From Chrysemys picta bellii (taxonomy: Eukaryota): a DNA stretch of 64,000 nucleotides. The position numbers and the translations under genes were made by a program. Below are positions 47,845-61,247 of the stretch, in pieces. The notes under the pieces are model-generated. The model did not search any database, was not told the DNA's origin, and was given only the letters and a program-made list of their open reading frames with translations. Where the stretch lies: assembly GCF_011386835.1 (NCBI RefSeq), contig NC_088797.1:124434001-124498000 (forward strand), read 5' to 3'. Within the stretch, counting starts at the first letter, position 1. Every line of letters begins with the position of its first letter.

Positions 47845-47967
47845 CTTGGATTTCCTTTTATTCTCCTCCTCATCTTCCTCCTCCTCCTCCTGCTCCCGGC
47901 AATAGACCTCAATGCCGCTGTCATCCTCGTCCGTCAGGCAAGCTCGCTTTTTCCTGGGCTTCGCCTC
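47845..47967 (-). CDS. PDCD11: PDCD11 exon (acidic linker)
   Basis: tgcag|EAKPRKKRACLTDEDDSGIEVYCRE...KRKSK|gtgaga; 123 nt. Confidence 0.9.
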
Positions 47968-48778
47968 CTGCAGTGAAGGCGGGGGGGAAGGGTGAGCCAT
48001 TGGAAAGAGACTTTAAAAGAATTCTATTTAAAGGTCAAACACTGGCTACAGACAGAGAAAGCAGAGGCCTTGGAATAACGGTCACCGCCTTCCCCCATCA
48101 CCCAGAGACACAAGGTACAACATGAGTCACAAGAGAAAAGTCATGAGTGTGGCAGGCCTCAATCCACGTGGCAGATGGTCAAGCCAACTATTATGGGCCA
48201 AATTCCGGCAAGTGCTGGGCAGAGTTGCCTGCCAAAAAACTCAAGATACAAGAACATAAGGCAGGGGACCAGTGATTTTCTTCCCCAAAACACACACACT
48301 TGGGGGGGCTGGTCAAGGGGAGTTGTCTAGAGGGATGTATGCAATCCCCACTCCCAGTGTGGCACTCCATCCCCGTGCAGTGGTGGCTGGGCCACATATA
48401 GACATTGATGAGCCTGCTACATCATGGGCTATCAGAGGTGGATCCTTTAGCTCAGGCGGTTGAAACTCAAGCTTTAACATCCAGAGGTCCCAAGTTCAAG
48501 CCCTCTTTGTTAGCAGTCAGACTCCCCCATTCATACAAAGTGATGTTGCAATTCATGCAGTTCTGTCTGTGGCAGAGGAGAGTTCTGGACCATAGTTCTT
48601 TTTCCTATTCTGCAAAAACTTCATGTTAGTTTCCATTAAAATGAGCTGAATCTTTATCCCCCATAATGTCCCGCTTTGAGGGTGAAGCGGACGGAAGCAA
48701 GGGGAACGCATTTCTGCCCCTCCGCTCAGCACAACCACCCACCCCAATCTGGGGTACAATCCCCCTGCGTGCACGTAC

Positions 48779-48959
48779 CTGTTCACTTTCCGAGACTCTT
48801 CTTTTCCGTTTTGCCTTCAGCTTCTTGAACTCCTCTCTCTTCTCCTTGCCCTCGTCTGTGTCACAGCGCGGCAGGCCCAGCGACTCGGGCAGGACACTTG
48901 GCTTCCCAGTGTCCTCAGAGAGGAGGGAAAGCTCAACATGGCTCTCTTTATTATTTACA
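48779..48959 (-). CDS. PDCD11: PDCD11 exon
   Basis: cgcag|SVNNKESHVELSLLSEDTGKP...RVSESEQ|gtacgt; 181 nt. Confidence 0.9.
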
Positions 48960-49399
48960 CTGCGGCACGTTTCCAGGGGGAAGAGAACAGAAAATCAGGG
49001 ATATTCCAATTGTTGGGAATGCTGCCAGAGCTTTAGGAACATAGACTGCCTGTGTCACTGAGTTCAGTCCCTTGCTACTGCAGGTAACCCACGTAACAGG
49101 GGCCTGTCTCCACCCCCATCCTCTTCCCTGCAGAAATCGCCCGGACTTCACCGGCTGGGCTCTCAGTGACACTTCATTTCGATTCCCCTTCACCGATATA
49201 ACCACAGTCCCGCATGCTCCCGCCTAGTTATAATATTTGCTCAGTTTTTAGCCCACTCAGCAGGATTGAGGGGAACAGGGATCTCCCTGCTCTGAGGCCC
49301 CTGTCTGACTGGAACCAGCTAGCCCCGTTCCTCCCTCCCTGCACTTCCTTCCTGGGCCTCCTTTACCAGCCCTGGGCTAATGAGGCCAAATGAATGTTT

Positions 49400-49770
49400 A
49401 GCCCACCCAGCCCATGAGATAATTACCCTCAATCAGCTTCTCCTGGGCCCTAATTAGCATCTAAGTGATCAGAGCGCAGGCTCACCTCCTCACTCTCTGC
49501 TGTCACATAATTCAGTTCAGAAACTAAAACCTGTTTGGTTGTCTGTCCCCATTTCTCCTAGGGGGAGCCTGCTCCAGAACCTCACTCCTCTAATGGCTCG
49601 GAACCTGCTTCTAATTTCCAGCCTAAAACGTATTCACAGCCAGTTTATTCCCCTTTATTCTAGTGCCAGCATTGTCCTTTAGCCTCGATGGCTCTTCTCC
49701 CTCCGTGGTGTTTACCCCTCATCCCCCGGACGTATTTACAGAGAGGAGTCAGAGCCCTTCTCAGCCTTCG
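49400..49770 (-). mobile_element. CR1 ORF2 3' fragment
   Basis: ctccagaacctcactcctctaatgg...ttctaatttccagcctaaa, typical antisense CR1 end; boundaries approximate. Confidence 0.5.
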
Positions 49771-50281
49771 TTTCACCAGGGCTTGTCTGGAGAGTGAGTT
49801 AGTGCTTGGCAAGCGAGGGTGCAATCCGCAGGGCACCAGCCTGCTGCGCACTAATTGTCCATGTGGACCCTGCTACCGTGCACTAATAGGTCCCAAGTGT
49901 GCACTGATCTACTCCCGTGCCAGCTTGCCACGTATTAGCTCGCCATCTAGGGGAGCCCTTAACTAAACAAACCAAGCTCTCCTAGTCTCCTCTAGTAAGA
50001 CAGGCTCTCCATTCCCCTGACCTTCGGGGGGGGCACAGAAGCTCGTCCCCCCTCGGAGCTCGATCTTCCCTCCCTCCACTCTGCCCCAGCCCTGGCCCGG
50101 CCGGGAATCGATCTTCCCTGCCTCTGCAGCCTTGGGGCCGGAGAAGTTCTGTGCCCCCCGATGGTAATTGGGGGTGCCCCTGCTTGCCCCCCCTCCCCAC
50201 GCATGCCCCTTGTCAACGGTTCTTCTGCCCCTCCCCACTGTCCCCTCAATCTGCCAGTTCATTGGGGGGCCTCCCACCTAC

Positions 50282-50404
50282 CTGAGGACCTTGGCAGTGA
50301 GGAACTTTCCCTCCGGCATGTATTGCTCATACAGGGATTGTTTCGGTATGAAGAAGGGGACAACTTTGTAGAATTGGATTCGGCCCACAACCGAGCTGGA
50401 CAAA
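50282..50404 (-). CDS. PDCD11: PDCD11 exon
   Basis: ctcag|GLSSSVVGRIQFYK...MPEGKFLTAKVL|gtaggt; 123 nt. Confidence 0.9.
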
Positions 50405-50911
50405 CTGAGAAGAAAGAGTCAGAATCATACGTTGGCAGCTTCACCTTAACGGCAGCTATATTACGGGGCCTGGTGCACGTCACCAAACCACCATCACTAC
50501 AGGCAGCCTCCAACCCTGGCGAGACAAAGGAGCAGAAGAGAGGGAGTCCAGCAGGTCAGCCTGGAGGGACATTGGCAGAGCCAGACGGGCAGGACGGGAA
50601 CAGCAAGGGATGTTGCAGGTCAGGATTGAGGGACACTGGGGGAACTGTTTATAGGACGCTGGCATAGCACCTGCCTGCCATACGACCAGGTCCCTATTAG
50701 ACAGTATGACATTTTTCACATAAGCGTCACAAGCTTACAAAAAACACCAACCATTCTGACTTACAGAACGAAATCCACTTGGGAAAGTGGCATTCTGTTG
50801 TCAGAGACGCTGCAGAAGTTTGAATTCTAGAGCTGTAAACACAAAACAAGCACGCACACAGACCTCGGGCCTACACGGCCCTCTGTACTTCTCTCGCCAC
50901 GTGCTACTCAC

Positions 50912-51034
50912 CCACAGAACACGCCCGACTGCTTGACGGATCTGACATAGCCTCTGACCAACTGACCTTCCCGAACATCCTCAACACATGTCAGTTCAGG
51001 ATCTTCCACTTTGTTTTTGCTCTTTGGATTTGTC
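50912..51034 (-). CDS. PDCD11: PDCD11 exon
   Basis: tctag|RTNPKSKNKVEDPEL...GYVRSVKQSGVFC|gtgagt; 123 nt. Confidence 0.92.
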
Positions 51035-51974
51035 CTAGAAGAAAGGGGGAAGAAGGAAAATCCTCACTGCAACTGAATGGTCTGTACTCTGCTGGGTCCT
51101 GAAAAATCAACCCAACCTGCTGGAGACTGGAAAGCAATGATCCCTTTACGGCGTGTGAAGGACCAAGAACATCCTTGTTTCTCCTCCCATTTATTGAAGT
51201 GCACAGTCTGTACACAGCACTATACAGCAATCCATGTCACTGTACTATGGCTAACCCCTTGACCTGGTATACTTTTAAGATAGTGCCAGAAGAAGGGGCA
51301 AGGGCACTGATTGAGGTTGTATTAAAATTTGGGGTTTGTGTCCTCCTGCCCCAAAGAGGCTTTAACCCAGCCTCCCATCACGTGCATTCATGTGTCCGGC
51401 AACCTGATCTGTGGACACAATCGGGTACTCTGATGCCATCATTCGTGTTTGCAATGCACGATTGGCACAAAGTGAGACAGACTTAAAAAGAATCAAGCTC
51501 TTAATCTGCCGTTTCTTCTAAAAAGTAAAACGTCCACCTGCATTTTTGAGGTTAAATGTTTATGCTGCAAATTCCGCCATGGGAAACTTTTTTTTTTTAA
51601 ACTAGGTCTAAAGAAGTTCACTGGAGGAAAGGTAAATACACAGAACACAGATACAAATGCAGCTGTGTGAACAGAGTTAGAGGAGCAGGGAAACTCAATC
51701 AGGCCTAAAATGCTTATAAATAAAAGGTGTGACTGTCTATATTCAGAACCAGACATCCTCACCTTCTCCAGTACACAGAAAATCCTCTATGCAGAATGAA
51801 CAAGCAGCGTCCAAAGCTATCTTCATCCCTTACAAAGTCTCGGCTATCAGGCTAATTATGTAATCTGAACACATGCATTGGGCTGGCCTAGTAAATATGG
51901 GTTTCAAAGTGGGTAAAACACTGAATACCAAGTTTCACTGCACTTTTTACCACTCTCAATGCAAAGGCACCTAC

Positions 51975-52031
51975 CTGGATTGCCGGAGAGATATTTCTAT
52001 TTTGTTGTCTTCATTGGATAGGACACAACAC
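51975..52031 (-). CDS. PDCD11: PDCD11 exon
   Basis: tccag|RCCVLSNEDNKIEISLRQS|gtaggt; 57 nt; found by hand where homology predicted a missing exon. Confidence 0.88.
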
Positions 52032-52515
52032 CTGGAGATATGGGAGAGGCATGAAAACAGGAAACTTTTGAACAGATTAAAAAAAGCCACGCCCAGAGGA
52101 AGCAGAGAAATTCTTCATATAGCAGCATTAGTGCACCGTCTACATTTAAGAACCCAGTGCTCTGAAGCACGTACAGTCTACTGCAGACCAGTGAGATACA
52201 ACAATTTAGGAGATCAGCTGAGAAGGTTTTGTGAAAGAAAACAACCTAGCGACCTACACCATAGTATCTGACCATCTCACAATCCTGAATGCTCACAACA
52301 CCCCTGTGAGGAAGGGAAGTCATGTTAGAGGTGGGGAAACTCGGTCACAGAGACACCATGGCCCAGATTTAGACATTTAGGAGTGTAAATCCTATGGGAT
52401 TCTGGCTCTTAAGTGCTTACATTCTTTTGGAAAATGAGTCAGGCTCCTAAATCAGTTAGACATGGCAACACTGAGCACAGCAGCACCTAAATACCTTTTA
52501 ATATCTGGGTGTAAG

Positions 52516-52956
52516 TAATGTTCCCTCTAATTTTTCTCATGTACATGCGGAATGAATTTTGTTATGTGCACCAATATGGAGGGGATTGTGGCAGGGGTGG
52601 GGCCGAGGGGTTCGGAGTGTGGAAGGGGGCTCAGGGCTGGAGTGCGGATCAGGGCTCCGGCTGGAGGTGCAGGCTCTGGGATGGGGCCAGGGATGAAGGG
52701 TGCAGTGAGGGGCTTCAGGGCTGGGGGTGTGGGCTCAGGGGTGTGGCCAGAGATGAGGTTGGAGTGCAGGCTGCCCTGGGGTCACAGCGGGGGAGGGGGG
52801 GTGTGAAGAGGGAGAGAGAGAGACAACTCCCCCCAGCCCTCTCTCCCTGCAGCAGCTCTGGGGCTGGGGGAGAGGTGCCTCTCCCTGCTGAAGCCCTGAG
52901 CACCTTTGCGGCCCTTGAGAGGCTGCTGCGTGGCAGTGCAGCTTAGAGGGAACTTA
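52516..52956. mobile_element. GC-rich hAT-like MITE
   Basis: TIR taatgttccctctaa / ttagagggaactta; flanks gggtgtaa / gggtgtac. Confidence 0.7.
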
Positions 52957-53352
52957 GGGTGTACGTGATTTGTCCAACGTCCTGGGAATTAAACGCAGGT
53001 CTCCCAAGTCCCAAATTAGCACCCTAAGCACTGCAACACCCTTCTTCTTTAAGAAATGGGTTCTGAAAAGCGGACTGAAGGAAGTGGGCACACAGGAAGC
53101 AGGCAGCGGCCCCAAGCAGCTACAAATGTAAGGTTACGACCTTCTCCCCTAGAGGAGCCGAAGAGCTATATGCCCTCTAACTCTTTACAATTTGCCCCGG
53201 AAGGGGTAACACTCCAGCTGGAATGCAAGGAAAACCCCTCAGTGCTGCTGCTAAACCAAACCACTGGGGATCTCGTCACTGCTGAAGGATTCTTCCAGCC
53301 CCCCACTTGAAGAGGCAACAAGAGACTTCAGGAGAAGAGGAGAATCTCTGAC

Positions 53353-53530
53353 CTGACAAGCTTCCCGATGCTGAAGTTCTCTAGCGGCTGCTCAGTGTAC
53401 GAATCGCTCAGGTGAAAGATGTTGGCTTTGCCGGTCTTTCCGAAGGGAAGCGCAATGGTGAGGCCGACATTTGGCGTCACCTTCGTTATGGTGCCCAGGG
53501 TGATGGTTCCTTCCGCCAGCGAATGGACTC
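53353..53530 (-). CDS. PDCD11: PDCD11 exon
   Basis: ggcag|GVHSLAEGTITLGTITKVTP...SIGKLV|gtcaga; 178 nt. Confidence 0.92.
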
Positions 53531-54169
53531 CTGCCAAGAGCACGGGGATTTCAGAGGGGTTATTTCAGCCGGACCCCACAAAGGGGGGAGATATTCCAAG
53601 CTTGAACACTTGGGGTAAGGGAGTCAAGTGGATAGAAAGGAGGTATGGCATTACTTCCCCAGTCACCTACCATCCCCACAGTCTTTTGGCCATGTGGGGC
53701 CTGCGCGGCTCTCTCAGTTCACAATCCCTTTTGTAACAATGATGCCATGTTCAACCATTCACAACCCTTCCTCCCAGATATGACCCTGGACCCATTATAC
53801 CCAGATCCCGCCCCAGTAATTGGTGAACAGCTTGCGTGCCACCTGGTGTCTGATGGAGATTAGTCAGAAGCCAAGTTGCTTCAGAAGAGAGCAGAGACGA
53901 GGCCTCTGCCTGACACACCTAGAAGGAGAACTGCTGCGTTCGTCTAAAGGTTTGAACCTCTATGTACAGGCTGAGTCTGAAAACCAAAACACCTTGAACT
54001 CTGGATCCAGATTCAGGGTGTTAATTCTGCCCAGGATAAAGAAACAAAGTTTGGCTCTGCCTTGCAGCGTTCTGATCCCATGGTTTCAGTTCAGGACCAT
54101 TTCTAGTTGCTGAGCAGATGGTGGAACTCTAACAGGAAGGGTACTGCAGATAACAAGGCTTTACCATAC

Positions 54170-54272
54170 CTGTAAGTGACAGGCAGAGGTTGGTCTCAGA
54201 GGCATCTGTGCCAGTCACTGTTGCAGACAAAGCTTGGCCATTCTTGAAGCTCTTTTCTGGATGCTTTAAGAC
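54170..54272 (-). CDS. PDCD11: PDCD11 exon
   Basis: ctcag|VLKHPEKSFKNGQALSATV...LCLSLT|gtatgg; 103 nt. Confidence 0.92.
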
Positions 54273-54469
54273 CTGAGGGTAGAGAGACCTCCGCTCATTA
54301 CCAGGGACTTCAGCCACTGATCTTGATTTTAACCAAGGTAATCTCAGGACATTTCAAGATCTACACTTGGCATTATAGGCATCTTCTGCGCATCTATTAA
54401 ACCCTGATAAAGAAATGGCACTGTGACGCTGGATAAATCTAGCGGTAAGCACAGCGTTTCTTACTGCTC

Positions 54470-54700
54470 ACATTTTAGGGAGGTAGCCTGGCCCCATGGA
54501 AAACAAAACAAAACACTGGACTGGGATTCAGGAGACGTTGGGTCTATTCCCAACCCTGCCACTGGCTTGCTGGGTGACCTTGGGCTAGTCATGTGCCACC
54601 CTGTGGCTCAGTTTCCCCATCTGTTAAATGGGGATAATGATGCCGACATGCTTTGAGATCTACTGCTGAAAAACACTACATAAGAGCTAGCTATTATTAT
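54470..54700 (+). mobile_element. MIR/CORE-like SINE
   Basis: aacactggactgggattcaggag...gtgaccttggg...ctcagtttccccatctgttaaatgggg. Confidence 0.65.
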
Positions 54701-55171
54701 ATTAGTTATCTTGTTGCCAATATAAAAAAAAGCAACTCTAAAGAGTCAGAGGATGCACAGTGAGTTAGTCTACAATGTGGCAAGGTGGAGGAGAGAGAGA
54801 GAAGGGTAAAAGGACTCGGCAAGGAACCGATTTCCAAATATTTTTATTAAGAGGCAAATAGATCTGATTTGTTCTGCTAACGATCTGGCATTTCATTCGG
54901 AACCTCTGCAGTTCCCCTTTGAAAAGAAAACCAGCTAATGACGTTCACAAGCTAACATATCTCTAAAAATAACCAAGTCAACAATACTCATTATGAAGTA
55001 GCTATCCAGGCTGAAAGAGGAAGAGCGTGCCCAGCCCCACCTGTGCCACCAGATCAGGAAGCAAAGAGGAACCAAAAGGTTGGAGGCTGCTTGAGACACT
55101 TTTGTGTTTGGGTGCTCACAGCCTCGTGTGTGCAAAACCTTTGTGCGTTTGATTCTCTGGCGAGAACTTAC

Positions 55172-55261
55172 CTTGGGGTTAAGGGAAAGCAGCAACTGGG
55201 GAACTCTCCCTCGAATCTCAGGGGTGATCTCCACCTCCAGCCACGACTTTATGGTGTTGTA
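55172..55261 (-). CDS. PDCD11: PDCD11 exon
   Basis: ctcag|[30 protein letters not shown]|gtaagt; 90 nt. Confidence 0.92.
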
Positions 55262-55985
55262 CTGAGAGGGAACCAACCAGCCACAGAAGAGAAAATGTTA
55301 GACTTACAAGAAGCTTCATGGATTCATTGGAGAGAGAAAAATTCACAGATCAAGGCCAGAAGGGTCCAATTATGATTATCTAGCCAGATCTCCTGCATAC
55401 CACAAGCCGCAAAAACTCCCCCAGCATTTCCGGCCCTGATCCCAATCACTTATTGATTAGGACTCAGACAGGAGAGGTGCTTCTTTGTGCTCTCAGAGGA
55501 GAGGAAGGAGTCTCCCCGAAGAGGGAAATCAGCGTTTGGAATTCTCTGCAGACCGAGAAACTGACAGAAGCCACCTTACCAAAGAGGCTTTTTGGGTGGG
55601 AGGGAACCATGAATTGGCCCCAGTGATATCTTGCTACTACGGGGTCTGCTGTTACACTGCAGTGATTCTCACACAAAGGCTCAGGTGTTCCAGCATCTGT
55701 CATATTTGGGATTGGGGCAGTTTTCCCCCAAAAGGACCTTCTGCTGGAGCACTGGGGAAGCGGGGGGAACATTGCACTGGGGACAAACAGGCTGTGATGC
55801 CAGCCTGTCTCCTCTGCTCCTTCCTATTTCCTTCTGTTGTCAAAGACTAGGGCTGGATTTTGGATGCACCGATCCAGCATTTTACTGGGGTGTCTGAATT
55901 TTTCAGACTACGGGCTGGAACCAGGCCCTACGTTTTGATAGCTGGTCCTTTCCCAGCATTTATTTTGGAAGCCTCCGAATCTCAC

Positions 55986-56094
55986 CTTCTTCACAAAGCA
56001 GGTCACCGTCTGCCCAGATTTGTAGGGCCTGAGCCGCTCACTGGGACTGTCTCCTTCGGGGCTCAGGGCTGTGCCGCCATCCCCCTTCAGATCA
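55986..56094 (-). CDS. PDCD11: PDCD11 exon
   Basis: aacag|SDLKGDGG...YKSGQTVTCFVKK|gtgaga; 109 nt. Confidence 0.9.
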
Positions 56095-56748
56095 CTGTTC
56101 GCAAAGGGAAGAGACAGGAACAGATGGAAAAAAATTACAGTGCCAGGGTTCCAGCTCCAGGCAGTGCATGGACGCGTTGTGAATCCAGGAGACTGTTTAT
56201 GATGATGAAATATCCCCTGGGCAGCATCTCTGTAAAGTTCATCCCCACTCTCTTTCCCCCCCAGCTTTCTTCCCTTATTCTGCACAGTGTAGGAACTCCC
56301 ACAATTTAAAGCAAGTCCCCCCCAGGGAAGAGAGAAGCACTAGGGTGTGGTTTGACCCATGCCCCATGCTAGGCGTGGTAGGCAGCTCAAGGGTGTGTTA
56401 GAGGAGCAGTAGGAGCTTTAACTTGTAGTGGCCAGAACAGAGTTGGAAAGAAGAAGGGAGCGATATGCTCAGGTGTCCTGTTGTCTCGCGGATTCCTGGT
56501 TCCTGGCCTGCTCCTCGTATCCTCCGTAGGCTAGAGGGCAAGGGAGCCTCTGCAGAGCAGAGCTCTGTGGCACGCAGGGGTTGTGGATCCCAAATGCTGC
56601 CACCCTTCTCCCTTCCCCAAAGGGCCAGCACTTCCCCAGCAACAGCTGACAGGGTGGAATTCGGTACTTGGCACTTTCCAGCTTCACGGCGTTTTACAAA
56701 CATTAACCCAGGTGGGCAGGAGGCTAGGACAGAATCTGCGGCTCTTAC

Positions 56749-56811
56749 CTGGGTCGAATGCTGAGCTCTGGAACGGACTGAGTGAAGTGTGGATGGGTGA
56801 TGGGCAAATAC
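56749..56811 (-). CDS. PDCD11: PDCD11 exon
   Basis: tgcag|RYLPITHPHFTQSVPELSIRP|gtaaga; 63 nt. Confidence 0.9.
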
Positions 56812-57596
56812 CTGCAACACAGGAAACCATTCAATTCCGTCTCTCTCCCCGGCCCGTTACCAGCCCAGCACAAGCCCGAGCACTCTTAAAACTAACAGCC
56901 TCCCAGTTCTGGGGCTCAGCCCTTTCCTCACACCCGTCCACTCCAAAATGAGACACTCCTAGGGCACCATCCCCGGTGCTGGCTCTGTAACAGAGCCACT
57001 GCCGGACCAGTCCTGGCAGCAAACCCTGGGCAGATTAGCTCTGCCTCCCAAAGCAGAGTTATCCTCTTTCTCGGCCTACATTTGAGGAGCCTCCTTCCTC
57101 ATACTGGGATGCTGAAACGCGATCATCTGTGAGATGACCAGCTGTGCTAGGCACTCAGACCGGAGTTTTTGGATAAACCTAAGGGAATAAGGTGCCTAAA
57201 TTCCACTGAAATTAGATTGGAGTTGCAAGTTTCGTTACCTCTGAAATCAGGCCCTTAATTTTCACTTGGGACTAGCTTCTGCTCCATTGGAAGTCAACGG
57301 GAGCTTTGACTAAGGCAGACCCCAGACTCTCTACCTGTGATCTAAGCCAGGGATAAAATGCCAATCTGCAGTGATGCAAGTATAATGTGCTAGCCCACCA
57401 CAGTACTGAACCCCCCACAAGTCGGGGCATGGAACATGACAGGGGAAGATTCCCTTAGGGCCTCATCACCTCCAGCAGGCATAGCTGGAATACGAAATGC
57501 CTGGACGACACAGAGGAAGAGACCTGGTTAATCTGAACTAAATTACTACTCCACCACCTGCTTCCCCTGGAAGTGACATAGAAGTTTTTTTTCTAC

Positions 57597-58111
57597 CTGT
57601 GGGTCTTCACATCTCGGCCTCCAATGACCCGGGCAGTCACCTTCTGCCCAGCTTTCAGCCTGGAGGTTGGAAAGGTGCCTATGGGGACTTCATCCAGGAT
57701 CTGGGACGTGTGGATGGAGCCCGTTAGCTTGTCATCAATGGCAACTGTCACGTAGGTAGGTCTGACGGACTTCACCGTTCCCTTGACCACATCTCCGAAG
57801 CACAGGGAGTGTTTCACTGCAGCCAGGCCCTCCTCTACTGTCTCTGACTCTTTCCGGGACCTTATAAAAGCCCTTTTCTTTGCTGGGCCTTGCACTGCTA
57901 ACAGGACACCATGGTCACCCGGCAGCACGGTTTTTAAGGTTACAGAGACAGCCTGTCCCACCTTCAGCTTCTCCGAGTCAAAACGGAAGGTGTCATTGAA
58001 GTGAGAGGCCACAGGAATGGCAGTCAGCTGACCTGATTCCACCAATGAGGCAATGGCAAACTCTTCCGCTACATGCTGCACCACCGCAGGGTGCTGGGAG
58101 TTTTCCGTTAA
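57597..58111 (-). CDS. PDCD11: PDCD11 exon (large, S1 repeats)
   Basis: gacag|[18 protein letters not shown]...[12 protein letters not shown]|gtagaa; 515 nt. Confidence 0.93.
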
Positions 58112-58318
58112 CTGTCAAACAGAGACGGATGGTGACTTATCTGCAGGAACTTTGGACTCCAAGCTAAGACATTCTTGCCCCTTCTCCCCGCCCACCGCCA
58201 CTTCTGTGAAACGTTTCCCACCTGAGCATTATTTAAAAACCATTACCCAGGTAAATGCATACCTGGCACAGGGACAGAAACACACGAGACCGAATAAGAG
58301 AACACAAGCTAGACATAC

Positions 58319-58434
58319 CCGTTTGGCTTTTGGTTTCAACAGCTCTTCTCGAAGGGAGATGTGAACCGCTGATTTGAGGGCGTCAACATGGAGAACCAAG
58401 ACTCTTGCTTTTTGACCAGCGACCAAACTCTTGT
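58319..58434 (-). CDS. PDCD11: PDCD11 exon
   Basis: tatag|..KSLVAGQKARVLVLHVDALK...KPKAKR|gtatgt; 116 nt. Confidence 0.9.
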
Positions 58435-58779
58435 CTATAAAAACAAGAAGATTAACTGCGGATAGCCCCAAAGGATTTCTACCAGTCATGGCCCTGGTGT
58501 GTGACACAGCCGAGGGGCAGCATGCTCAAGGACAGTCTGAGCTACTAATGCTACCATGCTAATAGTAAAACTGTTTCACAGTCCAGAGGAGGTTACGGAG
58601 TCAGGGAAGGACCCATTCATAATATGGTTACTACTAGCAGCCAGACGTGCAGTAGCTCAGGTTTAAAAAAAGGACCGATCCATACTTCCCCCCCCCATGC
58701 CACTAATGTGGGGGGAGTGTTAGCTTTTCACTGGAAAAAACAAAAACGACAGCCAACCTTACAGCAGGATCAAGTCAAT

Positions 58780-59010
58780 TTTACAATAAATAATAATAAT
58801 ACTTAGCTTGTATACAGAACTTTTCATCAGGAGATTTCAAAGTCCTTTACAAAGGAGGTCCGTACCATTACCCCCATTTTAGAGTGGGGAAAACTGAGGC
58901 ACAGAGCAAGGAGGTGACTCGTCCAAAGTCACCCAGCAGGCCAGAGGCATAGCTGGGAATAGAACTCAGGTCTCTCAAATCCCAGGCCAGTGCTCCTTCC
59001 ACTAGGTAAC
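58780..59010 (-). mobile_element. MIR/CORE-like SINE
   Basis: aaagtcctttacaaaggagg...ggaaaactgaggcacagag...caaagtcacccagcaggccagaggcatagctgggaatagaac. Confidence 0.65.
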
Positions 59011-59771
59011 ACTGCACGTTGTATGTATGGTTATTATTTTGAATTTGAACAAAATGTATACCCAAATTAGAAGGTTGTAACTAAACACAAATGGGTCTAT
59101 TAAAAGGCAACAAATGCAGGCTTGAGTAAAATTTGCTAATACTTGTATGGAAACTTTGTATATGGTGTGCGTGCGTGTATGTGCACACACACTTCATATA
59201 TGTTAGTAATGATAAAACAAAGTTAAAACCAGTTCTGAATGCCTAGGATAATTTTCAGTTCTGTTTAAAAACTTTTCGGGGCTATTATTTGAATGAAAAT
59301 GTATTGGAAATTGCAGTTTTGCTTAATAAAGTTACTTGAATCAAAAGACAAATTATGCAGCAACTGAGCATATTCCAGCTCCCAGAGGAGGAAGGGAAAA
59401 AACTAAAAACTGTTCATTAATACGTTATCCTTCTACAGCACCTTTCATCTGAGGATCTCAATGGACTAATTAAGCCTCACAGAAACCCTGTGAGGTAGGG
59501 GAGCACTATCCCCATTTTACTGATAAGGACAACGGAGTCCCAGACAGGTTTAATCAACCTGCCCCAAACTACGCTCTGGATCAGTGGCAGAGCTAGAAAT
59601 AGAAACTCAGGAGCCCACGCCTGCACTATCCCATTCTCACTAATAAGGAACACCCCTCACTGTTTAATCAGCAATTGATTTCATTCCAGACAAAGCAGTT
59701 TGAGAGCATTGTGTATCCTACCCAGTGACGATGAAACACAAAGAAATAAGACCAGAAAAGAAATTCCTAAC

Positions 59772-59924
59772 CTCCAACGTGATAGCGAGTGGCTGTTACG
59801 GTCAGCCCAGCAACACAGCTGCCGTTGAAGAATGCTGAGCCATCCCCCCTCACTTCCTGAACGACCAGCTCAAGTTTCTGCCCAGGCATCAATCCACAGA
59901 GGTTTTGGGCCACCTTGGAATGAT
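59772..59924 (-). CDS. PDCD11: PDCD11 exon
   Basis: tttag|..HSKVAQNLCGLMPGQKLELVV...ATRYHVG|gttagg; 153 nt, phase 1-1. Confidence 0.88.
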
Positions 59925-61247
59925 CTAAACCGACAGAATGGGAAAAGGTAGAGAGTTAATTTTATTTCCACTGTATCTTTTGCAGAACCAAAGAAGCAGG
60001 ATTCACCTTTGCTTAGGATGAGTTTTTAGGCCCTTCTTTAAAAAGGTATAGAATTAGATAGTTTAGACCCCCAACACACAAAGAAATAGTATTAAAACTT
60101 AATCCCGATAGAAACACTTATGAAAAGCTAAAAATTCAAAACCACACTGCCCATCACTAGAGATATTTACTGTCCCAGGACCGTTAACCTAGAACGGAAC
60201 GAGGCTTTTCTGGAGGCACGGCATATAGCATTAATGCAGCCCAATTCAGGTCTTTTCCAATGATCATCTAATGCCCTCTTTGTGCATTTCCAGTCTATTA
60301 TAGTCTCTACGTGAGATCTGTATTTCCTAAGGTGCCTATCACCTTGGTATCTACGCATTAGTGCATTTAGTGCCTCTTTTCTAAACAAAACAGTTCCATA
60401 CCCTCACAAATGTTCCTGCTTTTGGAATGTGCGTCTGTATGCGGTGAGGCATCTACGTACAGGTGACCAGGGTTCTCAGGGCATTCAGGTCTGGGCGGTA
60501 GGTGGTTGGTATGCACATAGACGCTGCACAGCAGCCATTCAGAGATACAGAAGTACTTCCCAGGTCTACTTGGGCTGGGCGGCAGCCAGCAAATACTTTT
60601 CCCCAGCAGAGGAACAAGCTGGCTCACCACAAACCCCTCCCCTCTGTTAGGTAGATTTCACCTTTGCCTTTTGTTTTTTTTTAAATGTGGTTTTCCTTAC
60701 TGTATCCTTGACCACCATATCGAAGTACTGATCGGATAAATCAGATCTGCATGGAAAGGTCCAGTGACCTTCTCAGAGGATTCTGCTCTTCTCCCACCTC
60801 CCAGGAACTAGCAGGCACCAAGTTTTGTCCCACTATGTATCCTGGGCTCTTTCTATTCTATTTCAGCATAAGACTAATGACATCATAGCTCTTAACTCTC
60901 TGTTCTTAACCGCTCAGGCCCTCAACCTGCTCCCACTGAAATCAACAGCAAAACTCCCACAGACTTACAATGGGAGCGCAGCCTGGCTCTTGGTTTGCTA
61001 GTTGTGTCCACTCCTGACAAGAGTTCCAGAAAGTTTTGTTCCTGTTTGTAGCCTTTCAAGGCCTGGACTCATTCTATAAACCCTCCTCTCTTAACAAACC
61101 TGGCTCACAAGTTAAGCCATTGCTTGCTTTGATCTCTCTCTTATATGGAAGGCAAAGGGGCAGTTTATGCCTTGCATTATTTTTCTAGTGCTAAGTGTCA
61201 TGACGTGATCACCTGAATGGCTTTCGCAGCACTGTTCCCAAACTTAC

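Noticed and set aside
60167-60388. 73-aa minus-strand ORF in a PDCD11 intron
   Set aside because: It starts at a non-ATG codon, has no recognisable motif or splice signals, and the PDCD11 frame is complete without it.
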